A stretch of 64,000 nucleotides of DNA from Gemmatimonadales bacterium (GTDB taxonomy: Bacteria > Gemmatimonadota > Gemmatimonadetes > Gemmatimonadales > GWC2-71-9). Below the pieces are notes generated by a model. The model saw only the letters and a list, made by a program, of their open reading frames with translations. It had not been told where the DNA came from and ran no database searches. A program made the position numbers and the translations under genes. The DNA lies in contig DAINRR010000004.1 in the NCBI GenBank assembly GCA_036741715.1, positions 7,123 to 71,122 of the forward strand, in the 5' to 3' direction. Shown here in pieces: positions 1 to 9,535 of this stretch. How positions within the stretch are numbered: the stretch's first letter is position 1; every line of letters starts with the position of its first letter.

Positions 1-1198
1 CACGAGCGTGGTACCGGCGAGGCGTCGTCCGAGAGTCGTTCGAATCAATCCGCCTCGCGGGCGCGCGGACGTGGCCTTGACGGCATCGGTGGTCATCGTG
101 TTCAGCGAACCCGTAGACCCGGCGACGGTGACCAGTACTACGATTACGCTCGAGTCCGAGGCGGGCGTCACGATTTCCGGTGCGGTCGACGTCGCGATCG
201 ACGGGCTGAGTGCGATCTTCGTCCCGCGGTCGCACCTGGCCGCGAACACCATGTATCGACTCGCCGTGACGGCCGATGTGCGGGATCGGGACGGCAGCCC
301 GATCGAAATCGCGCGGGAGACGACGTTCCGGACGCGCGGGGTGCCGGTCGGTCCGGCGCCGCTCCCGCTGGAGCTCACCGCGAACGTCATCGCCTTCCGC
401 AACTTCTTCGGCGGCATCATGCTGATGTCGCCTGACGGGAGCTCGAGCGTGTCGGTGTTCGGGACCACCTCTTCCGATGCGGACCCGGCGTGGTCGCCCG
501 ACGGCACGAAGCTCGTCGTGACGCGTGGAGAGCTCAGATACGAGACGGAGCTATTCGTGCTCCAGCCGAGAGGACCGGGCGGTGCGGTGTCGCTGCAGCA
601 ACGCGGCAGCGATGCCTCCTGGTCTCCGGACGGCTCGCGGATCGCCTTCGTGAGCCGGCGAACCGGGGCCTCGAGGATCTATGTGATGAACGCCGACGGC
701 TCCGGTCTGAGTCGGCTGACCGACGGCGCAGGAGAGGACCTTTCGCCTGCGTGGTCTCCAGACGGGAGCAGGATCGCTTTCGTGAGAACGGGCCAGCCAG
801 GACATGACGGAACACTGCACGTGATGAACGCCGACGGCTCCGGCGTCACATCGCTCGAGCAGGAGGGAACCTCACCAGCCTGGTCGCCCGACGGATCACG
901 CATCGCCTTCGCGAAGCTCATCCGGGACCCCTGGCGGCAGGACATCTACGTCATGAACGTAGACGGGACGGGCGTCGTACAGCTGACGCTGAACTCGACC
1001 CCGGCGATGAGCAATGGACCTACCTGGTCGCCCGATGGCACCCGCATCGCGTTTGCGCATACCCCTGACCCGGACAGCTACCCGGACCAGATCTACGTGA
1101 TGAGCGCCGATGGAACGGGGATCCAGCACATCGGCCCCGACCGCCAGGGCCAGGGCCTCGTGAGCGCCAGCTACGCGCCGGCGTGGTCGCCGAGATAG
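1..1198 (+). CDS. 5'-truncated secreted protein: bacterial Ig-like (SbsA/Big_5-type) domain followed by TolB-type PD40 beta-propeller repeats
   Basis: The frame is open to the window edge, so the track start GTG at 8 is probably internal. N-terminal VALTASVVIVFSEPVDPATV...YRLAVTADVRD looks like an Ig-like domain. It is followed by at least 6 copies of the PD40 signature AWSPDG(S/T)(R/K)IAF ... IYVMNADGSG. Third positions are GC-rich. Confidence 0.8.
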   Translation, partial: TSVVPARRRPRVVRINPPRGRADVALTASVVIVFSEPVDPATVTSTTITLESEAGVTISGAVDVAIDGLSAIFVPRSHLAANTMYRLAVTADVRDRDGSPIEIARETTFRTRGVPVGPAPLPLELTANVIAFRNFFGGIMLMSPDGSSSVSVFGTTSSDADPAWSPDGTKLVVTRGELRYETELFVLQPRGPGGAVSLQQRGSDASWSPDGSRIAFVSRRTGASRIYVMNADGSGLSRLTDGAGEDLSPAWSPDGSRIAFVRTGQPGHDGTLHVMNADGSGVTSLEQEGTSPAWSPDGSRIAFAKLIRDPWRQDIYVMNVDGTGVVQLTLNSTPAMSNGPTWSPDGTRIAFAHTPDPDSYPDQIYVMSADGTGIQHIGPDRQGQGLVSASYAPAWSPR

Positions 1199-1204
1199 GC
1201 GAAG

Positions 1205-2533
1205 TCACCGGGGCAGGGGCGGCGCGTCCGCCTGCGTGGGCTGCCGCGAGAGGCGCGCCGCATACCGCTGGATCAGTGGTGTCGCTGAAACGCCGTGCAG
1301 CACGATGCTCGCCGCTATCGTGGTCACCGTGATCGAGGCCGCATCCGTGACGTCGGATCGCGGCAGACCTTGCGCGATCGCATAGCTCAGATAGAAGAGA
1401 CTGCCGATCCCCCGGATACCGAACCAGGCCATGAGACCGCGCTGCTGCCACGTCGTGGGCGTCCGAACGAGGCCGGCGAGAACCGCGAGCGGCCGAATCA
1501 CGCAGAAGAGGGCGAGCGCGGGAATCAGGGCGGACGCATTCCAGTGCACCGGCAGGGACGCCCCGACCAGGACGACGAGCAGTACCTCGAGGAGCCGCTC
1601 GGCGACCGATCCGAATTCGAGGGTCTCGGCGACGATTGCCCCTGCGGCCGCGGGCTTCCCCGCCAACGCCTGACCCTCCATCTCGACGAGGTCTTCCGCC
1701 GGTGGATGCACGAGCGACCCGACGACGGCCGTCTCCGCCCGGCGGAGACCCACGCCGGCTGCGAACACGGCGAGAAACCCCCAGGCGCCGACCGCTTCGG
1801 CCGAAACATAGGACAACGCGATGAGCGCGAGCGCGAGGAAGTCCCCTGATCCCGGAGCGTGCGGGTCCAGGCTCCGGAGGGTGATGGCGAGCTTCCCGAT
1901 GCCGATACCGGCGACGTAGCCGAGGGACAGGCCGGCGGGCACCGCCCAGACGACCCTGATCGCAAACCACTCGGCGGTCCAGGGACCGATGCCCTGATGC
2001 TCGTAGAGCAGCAGCGCGAGCACCACGAACGGGAACGCCATCCCGTCGTTGAGTCCAGCTTCGCCCGAGAGCCCGTAACGCAGGCGGTCATGGTCGGAGG
2101 CATTCTCGACGGAAACGGCTCCCGCCAGCACGGGATCGGTCGGCGCCAGCACCGCGCCGATCAGCAGCGACAGCGCGAGGTCGAAGCCGAACGCGAGGTG
2201 CATGAGTGCCGCCATTGCCGCGATCGAAAGCACCATGACGGGACCGGCAAGGCGCCAGGCACCGCTCCACGCCGCCTCCCGGAGCGGCAGCCTCAGCTTG
2301 AGGCCGCCGAAGAAGAGGGAAACGATCACGGCGACTTCGGTGAGCGGAACGCTCCAGGCCGCCGCGTTCCGGAAGTCGATCCGGATGAGCTCCAGGCCGA
2401 AGGGGCCTATGGCGAGGCCGAACAGCAGATAGATGATGGATGTCGACACCGGCGCCCGGCGCACCCATGGCGTCGAAAGCGCCATGAACAGCAGGAGCGC
2501 GCCGGCCAGTCCCATCCAGCCGACGAAGGTCAT
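1205..2533 (-). CDS. Na+/H+ (cation:proton) antiporter, CPA1/NhaP-like
   Basis: 442 aa polytopic membrane protein. Motifs LAPTDPVLA and GEAGLNDGMAFPF are typical of the Na_H_Exchanger family. GGAG lies 5 nt upstream of ATG 2533. Confidence 0.85.
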   Translation of the reverse strand: MTFVGWMGLAGALLLFMALSTPWVRRAPVSTSIIYLLFGLAIGPFGLELIRIDFRNAAAWSVPLTEVAVIVSLFFGGLKLRLPLREAAWSGAWRLAGPVMVLSIAAMAALMHLAFGFDLALSLLIGAVLAPTDPVLAGAVSVENASDHDRLRYGLSGEAGLNDGMAFPFVVLALLLYEHQGIGPWTAEWFAIRVVWAVPAGLSLGYVAGIGIGKLAITLRSLDPHAPGSGDFLALALIALSYVSAEAVGAWGFLAVFAAGVGLRRAETAVVGSLVHPPAEDLVEMEGQALAGKPAAAGAIVAETLEFGSVAERLLEVLLVVLVGASLPVHWNASALIPALALFCVIRPLAVLAGLVRTPTTWQQRGLMAWFGIRGIGSLFYLSYAIAQGLPRSDVTDAASITVTTIAASIVLHGVSATPLIQRYAARLSRQPTQADAPPLPR

Positions 2534-2561
2534 GCAAGCTCCGGAAGTCCCTCTTCGTACG

Positions 2562-2589
2562 AAAAAGCCCCGCCGGGCAGCGACGGGGC
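2562..2589 (-). terminator. Rho-independent terminator after the typA / acidic-protein pair
   Basis: On the minus strand GCCCCG (2589-2584) pairs with CGGGGC (2572-2567) around an 11-nt loop. A T5 run follows (A-run 2562-2566 on the plus strand). It sits between the stop of the acidic ORF and the antiporter start. Confidence 0.65.
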
Positions 2590-2634
2590 GTTGATTCGGA
2601 TGCGCGCAGGCTCGACACCACCGCCCGCAGGCCG

Positions 2635-2868
2635 CTACTCCTCCTCTTCCTCCTCCAGGATCAGCTCGTCGTCGAGGTCTTCGTCTTCGTCGTCGTCGCC
2701 ATCGAAGTCGTCCTCCTCGTCGTCGAGATCGTCCTCCTCCTCGTCGTCGAAGGTGAAGCCGTCCTCGAATTCGTCCTCGTCCTCGTCGAACCGGCGACGC
2801 ATTTCGAGCGAGTCCACCGGGGTCTCCCAGGCCAGCATGATTTCCTCCGCCACAGGATAGGTGAGCAT
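2635..2868 (-). CDS. Small hyper-acidic protein (D/E-rich tail), function unknown
   Basis: 77-aa ORF, or 67 aa from the second ATG at 2838, which has GGAGG 5 nt upstream. GC3-rich GAC/GAG codons. It lies 24 nt downstream of the typA stop and is followed by a canonical terminator. The sequence ends ...DDDEDEDLDDELILEEEEEE. Confidence 0.6.
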   Translation of the reverse strand: MLTYPVAEEIMLAWETPVDSLEMRRRFDEDEDEFEDGFTFDDEEEDDLDDEEDDFDGDDDEDEDLDDELILEEEEEE

Positions 2869-2892
2869 GGCGCTATGCAGGGTTGGGCGTCG

Positions 2893-4749
2893 TTACGACG
2901 CGTTCTCGACCCGAGCGGCGGCCCGGGCGGCCTTCTTCCGGTCCACGGCAGCGAGCTGCCGCTTTCGAAGCCGGATCGATTGCGGCGTGACCTCGATCAG
3001 CTCGTCCTCATCGATGTACTCGAGCGCGTACTCGAGCGTGATCTGGCGCGGCGGCTCGAGGATGATATTCTCGTCCGACGCGGTGGTCCGCATGTTGCTG
3101 AGCTTCTTTTCCTTCGTGACGTTCACATCCAGGTCGCTCGGCCGCGAGTTCTCGCCCGCAAGCATCCCCTCGTACACGTGATCGCCCGGCGAGACGAACA
3201 TCTGGGCCCGCTCCTGCAGGTTCCCGAGCGCGAACGCCACGACCGAGCCTTCGCGATCCGCCACGAGCACGCCCCGCTTCCGCCCGGACAAGGGGCCCGC
3301 CCACGGGCCGTAATCGAGGAACCGGTGGTGCATGATCCCGGTGCCGCGCGTATCGGTCAGGAATTCCGAGCGATAGCCGAAGAGCCCGCGCGCGGGGATG
3401 CGGAACGTCATGCGCACCATTCCCTGCCCCGGGTTCTTCATCTCGCTCATCTCCGCGCGCCGCGGCCCGAGCTTTTCCATGACCGCGCCCATGTACTCCT
3501 CGGGCACGTCGATCATCAGCTCCTCGTACGGCTCGAGGCGCTCGCCGTTCTCGCCTTCCTTGGTGATGACGCGCGGACGGGAGACCTGGAACTCGTATCC
3601 TTCCCGGCGCATCGTCTCCATCAGGATCCCGAGGTGGAGCTCACCGCGTCCCGAGACCGAATGCGTATCGGGGCTGTCGGTCGGCTCGACGCGCAGCGCC
3701 ACGTTCCGCTCGAGCTCGCGGAAGAGCCGGTCCCGGAGCTGGCGGCTCGTGACGAACTTCCCCTCGCGCCCGGCGAAGGGGCTGTTGTTCACGATGAAGT
3801 CGACCGAGATCGTCGGCTCCTCGACCGCGATTCCCGCGAGGCGCTCGAGGTGATCCACCGACGTGAACGTCTTCCCGATCTCGATTCCCTCGAAGCCGGC
3901 GAGTGCCACGATGTCCCCGGCTTCCGCTTCCTCCACTTCGACGCGATGCAGGCCGTCGAAGGTGTAGAGCTTCGTCACCCGGTTGCGCTCGACCACTTCG
4001 TCCGTGACCGGCCCCGGCTCGCCGAGCGGGAGCAGGGCCACCTGATCGCCGACGCGAAGGCGGCCCTGCTCGATCCGGCCGATGGCGATGCGCCCGAGGA
4101 AGCTCGAAAAGTCGAGCGTGGAGACGAGCATCTGAAACGGGACTTCGGGGTTGCCCGTCGGCGCCGGGACGTGCGAGAGGATCGTCTCGAAGAGCGGCGT
4201 GAGGTCGGTGCCCGGCGACTCCAGCTCCCGCGTGGCCGTGCCCGCGCGGCTCGACGTATAGAGGAAGGGAGCGTCGAGCTGCTCGTGCGTCGCCTCGAGG
4301 TCGATGAAGAGGCCGAGGACTTCGTCGTGCACGCGCAGCGGCTCGGCGTCCGAGCGGTCGATCTTGTTGATGGCCACGATGGGATGCAGGCCGAGCGCCA
4401 GCGCCTTCCGCGTCACGAACCGCGTCTGCGGCATGGGGCCCTCGGCCGCGTCCACGAGGATCAGGACGCCGTCCACCATGCGGAGAATGCGCTCGACCTC
4501 GCCGCCGAAATCGGCGTGGCCGGGCGTGTCGACGATGTTGATCTTGATCCCGTGCCAGTTGACGGCCGTGTTCTTCGCGAGGATCGTGATCCCGCGCTCC
4601 CGCTCGAGCGGATTCGAATCCATGACCCGCTCGGCCACCTGCTGGTTGGCCCGGAATGCGCCAGCCTGGCGGAGCATCTGGTCCACGAGCGTCGTCTTGC
4701 CGTGGTCCACATGGGCGATGATCGCGAGGTTCCGAATCTTCTCTGACAC
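2893..4749 (-). CDS. typA: Translational GTPase TypA/BipA
   Basis: Conserved N-terminus (V)[27 protein letters not shown] starts at GTG 4749-4747. G-motifs [12 protein letters not shown] and NKID are present. The length of 618 aa is typical. The track ORF extension to 5034 is Arg/Pro-rich and unconserved. Confidence 0.95.
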   Translation of the reverse strand: MSEKIRNLAIIAHVDHGKTTLVDQMLRQAGAFRANQQVAERVMDSNPLERERGITILAKNTAVNWHGIKINIVDTPGHADFGGEVERILRMVDGVLILVDAAEGPMPQTRFVTRKALALGLHPIVAINKIDRSDAEPLRVHDEVLGLFIDLEATHEQLDAPFLYTSSRAGTATRELESPGTDLTPLFETILSHVPAPTGNPEVPFQMLVSTLDFSSFLGRIAIGRIEQGRLRVGDQVALLPLGEPGPVTDEVVERNRVTKLYTFDGLHRVEVEEAEAGDIVALAGFEGIEIGKTFTSVDHLERLAGIAVEEPTISVDFIVNNSPFAGREGKFVTSRQLRDRLFRELERNVALRVEPTDSPDTHSVSGRGELHLGILMETMRREGYEFQVSRPRVITKEGENGERLEPYEELMIDVPEEYMGAVMEKLGPRRAEMSEMKNPGQGMVRMTFRIPARGLFGYRSEFLTDTRGTGIMHHRFLDYGPWAGPLSGRKRGVLVADREGSVVAFALGNLQERAQMFVSPGDHVYEGMLAGENSRPSDLDVNVTKEKKLSNMRTTASDENIILEPPRQITLEYALEYIDEDELIEVTPQSIRLRKRQLAAVDRKKAARAAARVENAS

Positions 4750-4957
4750 TGAACATCCGTTCTGAGTGAGGGGCGCGTGCCCCGGCTGCAGCGCCAGAGC
4801 CCGGTCTGTCCCCGGGGCAAGGGGCTGAGCGGCGCATATATAGACAGGGGCGGTAGGGGGCGCAATGGGCGGGCGCGAGGTGGGGCGGCATGCCCGGGGC
4901 GGGGCGGATTCCGGCTTCCCGGCCAGGGGATCGGACGAAAGCGAATCCCGGAGGATC

Positions 4958-5836
4958 CTAGCAGCCTCGCTCCACCTCGAGCTGGATCGTGACATGCCCG
5001 ATCCGGAGCGCCTGCATCGCCTTCCGGATGCCATCCAGGGCGGCGGGATGCCGCTCGAGATCCGGGACGACGGCGTGACCGCTCATCGCCACCATGCCGC
5101 TCGTCACGGTCCAGACGTGGAGATCATGCACGGCCTCGACGCCCGGCACCTCCAGCATCCGGCGCTCGACGTCCGCCATGGACACTCCGGATGGCACGGC
5201 CTCGAGCAGGATGTCGGTGCTTTCCCGCACCAGGCGCCACCCGCCGACCAGGATGAGGAGCGCTACGCCGATCGACAGGATCGGGTCCGCCGGCGTCCAC
5301 CCGGTCAGCCAGATGATACCTCCCGCCACGATGGCGGCGACCGAGCCCAGCAGGTCCCCCATGATGTGGAGGTAGGCGCCGCGCGTATTCAGGTTGTGGT
5401 TGTGCGAGGCATGCAGGACGCGCAGCGCGATGAGATTGACCACGAGCCCCGCCGCGGCCACGCCCAGAAGAATGTCGGCCCGCACCGGGACGGGATCACC
5501 CAGCCGGCGGAGTGCTTCGACCACGACCCAGAGCGCGATGCCGAAAAGGGCAGCGCCATTCACGAACGCCGCCAGAATCTCCCACCGACGGTATCCGTAG
5601 GTCTTGAACTCGTCGGCGGGGCGGCTGCCGATGACGGCCGAGACGAGCGACAACCCGATCGCGCCGACGTCCGTGAGCATGTGCCCGGCGTCGGCCAGCA
5701 GGGCGAGCGAGCCGCTGATCCAGCCGCCGACCGCCTCCACGAGCATGAACGCGGCCGTGAGCACGAGGACGACCAGCAGCCGCCCCCTCGGCGACTCCGC
5801 GTGATGCGGGTGCGGCGGGTGGACGCAGTCCGTCAA
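4958..5836 (-). CDS. Cation diffusion facilitator (CzcD/ZitB-like Zn/Co/Cd efflux)
   Basis: His-rich N-terminus HPPHPHH. Motifs SLALLADAGHMLTD, HSHNHNLNTRGAYLHIMGDLLGS and a C-terminal HDLHVW are present. The start is uncertain: TTG 5836 is preferred and gives 292 aa. Alternatives are TTG 5890 or ATG 5935. Codons between 5890 and 5935 are A/T-ending and would overlap the divergent CorC gene. Confidence 0.82.
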   Translation of the reverse strand: MTDCVHPPHPHHAESPRGRLLVVLVLTAAFMLVEAVGGWISGSLALLADAGHMLTDVGAIGLSLVSAVIGSRPADEFKTYGYRRWEILAAFVNGAALFGIALWVVVEALRRLGDPVPVRADILLGVAAAGLVVNLIALRVLHASHNHNLNTRGAYLHIMGDLLGSVAAIVAGGIIWLTGWTPADPILSIGVALLILVGGWRLVRESTDILLEAVPSGVSMADVERRMLEVPGVEAVHDLHVWTVTSGMVAMSGHAVVPDLERHPAALDGIRKAMQALRIGHVTIQLEVERGC

Positions 5837-5912
5837 GCCCGCACAGCTCCCCCGCGCCGGCCCCGGCTCGCCTGCTCGCGGTAAAGCCAAATCAGGTTTA
5901 CACTTATGCGAT

Positions 5913-7256
5913 ATGGAAGGATCGACATCCGCCATCCCGACGGGGATAGGTCTCCTGAGTGTGGTCGTGCTCGTGCTCGCCAATGCGTTCTTCGTGGCCG
6001 CCGAGTTCGCCCTCGTGGGTGCCCGGAAGACGCGGCTCGACGAATTCGCGCGCACCGGTGACCGAAAAGCTAGGCTCGCCCGGCGCGCCGTTCAATCGCT
6101 CGACCGCTACATCTCCGCGACACAGCTCGGCATTACGCTCGCCTCGCTCGGGCTGGGCTGGATCGGCGAGCCGGCGCTGGCGCATCTCATCGACGGCATG
6201 TTCGCCTGGCTTCCGCCGGCGGCAGCCGCCTTCACCACGCATACGATCGCCTCGGTCATCGCGTTCAGCATCATCACGGTGCTGCACATCATCCTCGGCG
6301 AGCTGGTGCCGAAGGCGATGGCCCTCCTCTATCCGGAAGAGGTGAGCCGCTGGGTGGCGGCCCCGCTCATGGGCTTCGCCTGGATCATGGCCGCGCCGAT
6401 CGCGCTGCTGAATGGAACGGCCAACTGGCTCCTCAGCCTCCTCGGGATCAATCCGCCGGGAGAGAATGAGCGGCTCCACTCCCCCGAGGAAATCCGCATG
6501 CTCGTCGAGCAGAGCGAGGAAGGGGGGAGCCTCCACAAGGAGGATGCGCGGCTCATCGAAGGGGTCTTCGAGTTCAGCGAGAAGACGGCGCAGGAGGTGA
6601 TGACACCGCGGACCCAGATGGAGGCGCTCGCGTCCGACCTCACGATCGAGGAGGCCGCCGACGAGGTGGCCCTCCACGGGCGCTCGCGCTACCCGGTCTA
6701 TACGGACTCGCTCGACGAGATCGTCGGCGTCGTGCACTCGAAGGACCTCCTGCGTGCCCTGCGCAAGGACCCGCGTGCCACGATCCGCGCGGTGATGCGC
6801 CTGCCGCTCTTCGTCCCGGGCACGCGTGAGGTGGAGGACGTGCTGACCGACATGAAGCGCCTGAAGGTCCACCTCGCGGTGGTCCTCGACGAGTACGGCG
6901 GAACCGCGGGGCTCGTGACGATGGAGGACCTGCTCGAGGAGATCGTCGGCGACATCTTCGACGAGCACGATCGCGCATTCGCGCCGGAGATCGCGGAGGG
7001 CGCGCCGCTGCTCGAGGGCGGGATGCCGATCTCGGAGTTCAACACCCGCTTCGACGCCACGATCGACGACACCGACTATACGACGATCGGCGGCTACGTC
7101 TTCGGCGAGCTCGGCCGGCTTCCCCGCCCCGGCGACCGCGTGAGCGCGGGAACCATGCTGCTCGAAGTCGCGGCGATGGATGGACGCCGTGTCGACACGC
7201 TTCGCATCCTCGCCGCCGAGAAGAAGCCCGGCGGCGAGGTTGCTGCCGGAGAGTAG
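5913..7256 (+). CDS. CNNM/CorC-HlyC family transporter (DUF21 membrane domain + 2 CBS + CorC_HlyC domain)
   Basis: N-terminal LANAFFVAAEFALVGARKTRL is the DUF21 signature. This is followed by the ...EVMTPRTQM... CBS pair and a C-terminal YTTIGGYVFGELGRLPRPGDRV transporter-associated domain. Confidence 0.9.
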   Translation: MEGSTSAIPTGIGLLSVVVLVLANAFFVAAEFALVGARKTRLDEFARTGDRKARLARRAVQSLDRYISATQLGITLASLGLGWIGEPALAHLIDGMFAWLPPAAAAFTTHTIASVIAFSIITVLHIILGELVPKAMALLYPEEVSRWVAAPLMGFAWIMAAPIALLNGTANWLLSLLGINPPGENERLHSPEEIRMLVEQSEEGGSLHKEDARLIEGVFEFSEKTAQEVMTPRTQMEALASDLTIEEAADEVALHGRSRYPVYTDSLDEIVGVVHSKDLLRALRKDPRATIRAVMRLPLFVPGTREVEDVLTDMKRLKVHLAVVLDEYGGTAGLVTMEDLLEEIVGDIFDEHDRAFAPEIAEGAPLLEGGMPISEFNTRFDATIDDTDYTTIGGYVFGELGRLPRPGDRVSAGTMLLEVAAMDGRRVDTLRILAAEKKPGGEVAAGE

Positions 7257-7262
7257 TCCGCG

Positions 7263-8168
7263 CTACCGAGTCCGCCCGGCCAGCCGCACTGCGAGCTCGA
7301 GCGCCTCCCGCATGCTGCTATGATCGGCCTTCCCCTGCCCCGCGATATCGAATGCCGTTCCGTGATCCGGCGAGGTGCGCGGAAACGGCAGGCCGAGCGT
7401 GACGTTCACCGCACGCCCGAACGCGGCCACCTTGATCGCCGTCATGCCCACGTCGTGATACGGCGCGAGCACGGCGTCGAATTCGCCGCGGAGGGCGCGC
7501 ACGAACACCGTATCCGCGGGGAGGGGGCCGGCCGCGCCCAGCGCGCGCGCCGCGGGCGCCAGGATGCGCTGCTCCTCATCGCCGAAGAGGCCGGACTCCC
7601 CGGCGTGCGGATTGAGCGCACAGAGCGCGAGCCGCGGCTCGGCGATCCCGAACTGCCTCCGCAGGGCTTCGAGCGTCACCCGGCCGGTGCGCACGATGCG
7701 ATCGGCGGAGAGGAGCGCGGGCACGTCGCGCAGGGGCACGTGCGTCGTCACGAGCACCACGCGCAGCTCCGCCGCGGCGAGCATCATCGCGACTTCCACA
7801 TCCCCGGCAAGGTGCGCGAGCCATTCGGTGTGACCCGGCCAGGGAAACCCGGCCAGGTGCAGCGCGTGCTTGTGGGCGGGAGCGGTGACGATCGCGTCGA
7901 CTTCGCCGGCGAGCGCCAGGCGCGCGGCGGTCTCGACGGCGTGGCCGGCAATGCGGCCGGCCTTGAGCGTGCGTCCGTGATCGGCCGACTCGCCGCTGCC
8001 CGCGTTCCACGCGCCGACCGAAATCCGGCGGGCCGCCGGAATCGCGGCAATCTGGTCGTCGGCACCGATGAGGGTGATGTCTGCGGCGAGAGTCTCGGCG
8101 AGGGCCCGCGCGGTGATCTCGGGGCCGATCCCGCGCGGATCGCCGAGCGTCACCGCGAGGCGGGGCAT
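7263..8168 (-). CDS. pdxA: 4-hydroxythreonine-4-phosphate dehydrogenase
   Basis: Motifs LGDPRGIGPEI, HTEWLAHL, LNPHAGESGLFGDEE and SPDHGTAFDIAGQGKADHSS. The start ATG shares one nt with the surA stop (TGATG). This matches the classical surA-pdxA linkage. Confidence 0.93.
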   Translation of the reverse strand: MPRLAVTLGDPRGIGPEITARALAETLAADITLIGADDQIAAIPAARRISVGAWNAGSGESADHGRTLKAGRIAGHAVETAARLALAGEVDAIVTAPAHKHALHLAGFPWPGHTEWLAHLAGDVEVAMMLAAAELRVVLVTTHVPLRDVPALLSADRIVRTGRVTLEALRRQFGIAEPRLALCALNPHAGESGLFGDEEQRILAPAARALGAAGPLPADTVFVRALRGEFDAVLAPYHDVGMTAIKVAAFGRAVNVTLGLPFPRTSPDHGTAFDIAGQGKADHSSMREALELAVRLAGRTR

Positions 8169-9535
8169 CAGTTCGCCCGGATATCCACGTAGGTCGAGGC
8201 GCGGAGCCGTTCCACGTAGCGCTCCATGGCGAGCGACTCGGCCAGGTGCGTGCGCAGCTGTTCCTTCACGTCCGTGAATGTCGGCGTGCCCGCTTCCCGG
8301 CGCTCCGTGATCTTGAGGATCGCGAACTTGACGCGGCCGCCGGGTCCCGGAAGCGGAAACGGCCCGATCACGGCACCCGAATCCGCCTGCGCCACCGACT
8401 GCGTGTACGTGGCCGGCAGCGCGTCGAGCGGGACACTGATCGCTTCGCGCTCTTCGGCGGGGTCATGGTAGCGCTGCTGGAGCGAGTCGAACGACATCCC
8501 GGTCTTGGCCCACGCCGCGACGCTGTCGGCGCGGACCCGCGCCGTATCCACGTCTTCGGGCGTCGTCTCGGGAATGATGAGGATGTGCCGCGCCTGCACT
8601 TCCGTCGGCTGCACCCGCTCCACCTGGATGACGTGGTAGCCGAACACCGTCTCGACGGGATCGGAGATGACGCCGGGTCGGAGCCGGAAAACCACTTCGT
8701 CGAAGGGGCGCTCGAAGGCACCGCGCCGCTGCCAGCCCAGGTCCCCGCCCTGAACCGCGGACCCCGAGTCCTGCGAGAACCGTCGCGCGGCCGTGGCGAA
8801 GTCTCCGCCCTCGCGCAGTGAGCGCGCGATCGAATCGGCGAGCGCAAAGGCCCGCTGCCGGGCGGCCGGTGCCGCCTGCGGCGCGACCACGATCTGCCGG
8901 AAGGAAATCGCGGCGGGCCGCTGCCCCATTTCCCCGCGGTTGCTCTCGAAGAATTCCCGCATCTCGCGCTCCGTCGGCGAGACGTCGCGGACCACGTCCA
9001 TCGCCTTGAGGCGCTCGACGAGCCGGGTGCGGAGGAAGCGGCGGCGGTGCTGGTCCGCGAGATAGCGGCGAAACTCGTCGGGGGTCTGAAAGCCGGCGTT
9101 CTGCAGCTCTCGCCGGTAATCCACCTCCGACGTGAACTGGCCGCGCAGGCTCGTGACGCGCTGATTGACCGCCTCGTTCACCTCCTGCTCGGTGACCTTG
9201 ATCGCGGTATCGCGCAGCGCCTCCTGCACCAGGAGCTCTTCGTCGATCATGTCGGCGAGGATCCGGCGGCGCAGGGCGGCCGAGTCCGCGGCCGTCGCGA
9301 GGCGCGGCGGGTTCTGGCCCGAAAGCACCGTGAAGAACTGCTCCTCCACCTGCGAGCCGAGGATCGGCTGGTTGCCGACGACGGCGACGATGCGATCCAC
9401 GACGAGGGTGGTGTCGCCCTGAAGCACGAACTCGTCGGTGACCTGCGCCGCCGCGGGCCGCCCGCCCGCCACGGCCAGCGCGGCGCACAGGACGGCCCGC
9501 GCGATACGGCAATGCTGCATGACTGCCTCCGGCAT
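8168..9535 (-). CDS. surA: SurA-like periplasmic chaperone / PpiC-type peptidyl-prolyl isomerase
   Basis: Signal peptide MPEAVMQHCRIARAVLCAALAVAGGRPAAAQ. SurA_N-like region plus two parvulin domains (GGDLGWQRRGAFERPFDEVVF...GYHVIQVERV; ARHILI...). The start ATG 9535 overlaps the upstream TAA (TAATG). The track extension to 9958 is Arg/Gly/Pro junk. Confidence 0.85.
   Translation of the reverse strand: MPEAVMQHCRIARAVLCAALAVAGGRPAAAQVTDEFVLQGDTTLVVDRIVAVVGNQPILGSQVEEQFFTVLSGQNPPRLATAADSAALRRRILADMIDEELLVQEALRDTAIKVTEQEVNEAVNQRVTSLRGQFTSEVDYRRELQNAGFQTPDEFRRYLADQHRRRFLRTRLVERLKAMDVVRDVSPTEREMREFFESNRGEMGQRPAAISFRQIVVAPQAAPAARQRAFALADSIARSLREGGDFATAARRFSQDSGSAVQGGDLGWQRRGAFERPFDEVVFRLRPGVISDPVETVFGYHVIQVERVQPTEVQARHILIIPETTPEDVDTARVRADSVAAWAKTGMSFDSLQQRYHDPAEEREAISVPLDALPATYTQSVAQADSGAVIGPFPLPGPGGRVKFAILKITERREAGTPTFTDVKEQLRTHLAESLAMERYVERLRASTYVDIRAN

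Noticed and set aside
1859-2860. Plus-strand ORF with a spectacular poly-Ser tail (SSSSSSRISSSSRSSSSSSS...).
   Set aside because: It is the mirror image of the poly-Asp/Glu gene (GAC/GAG read antisense gives GTC/CTC, and TCx when frame-shifted) and of the antiporter gene. There is no SD and it is antisense to two well-supported genes.
5837-5935. ATG 5935 as the CDF transporter start, which would overlap the divergent CorC/CNNM gene by 23 nt.
   Set aside because: The codons between 5890 and 5935 are A/T-ending (ata, cat, aag, tgt, aaa, cct, gat, ttg, gct, tta), unlike any coding sequence here. The region looks like the shared A/T-rich divergent promoter. TTG 5836 gives a normal-length CDF with the His-rich N-terminus. 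The start nevertheless remains uncertain.
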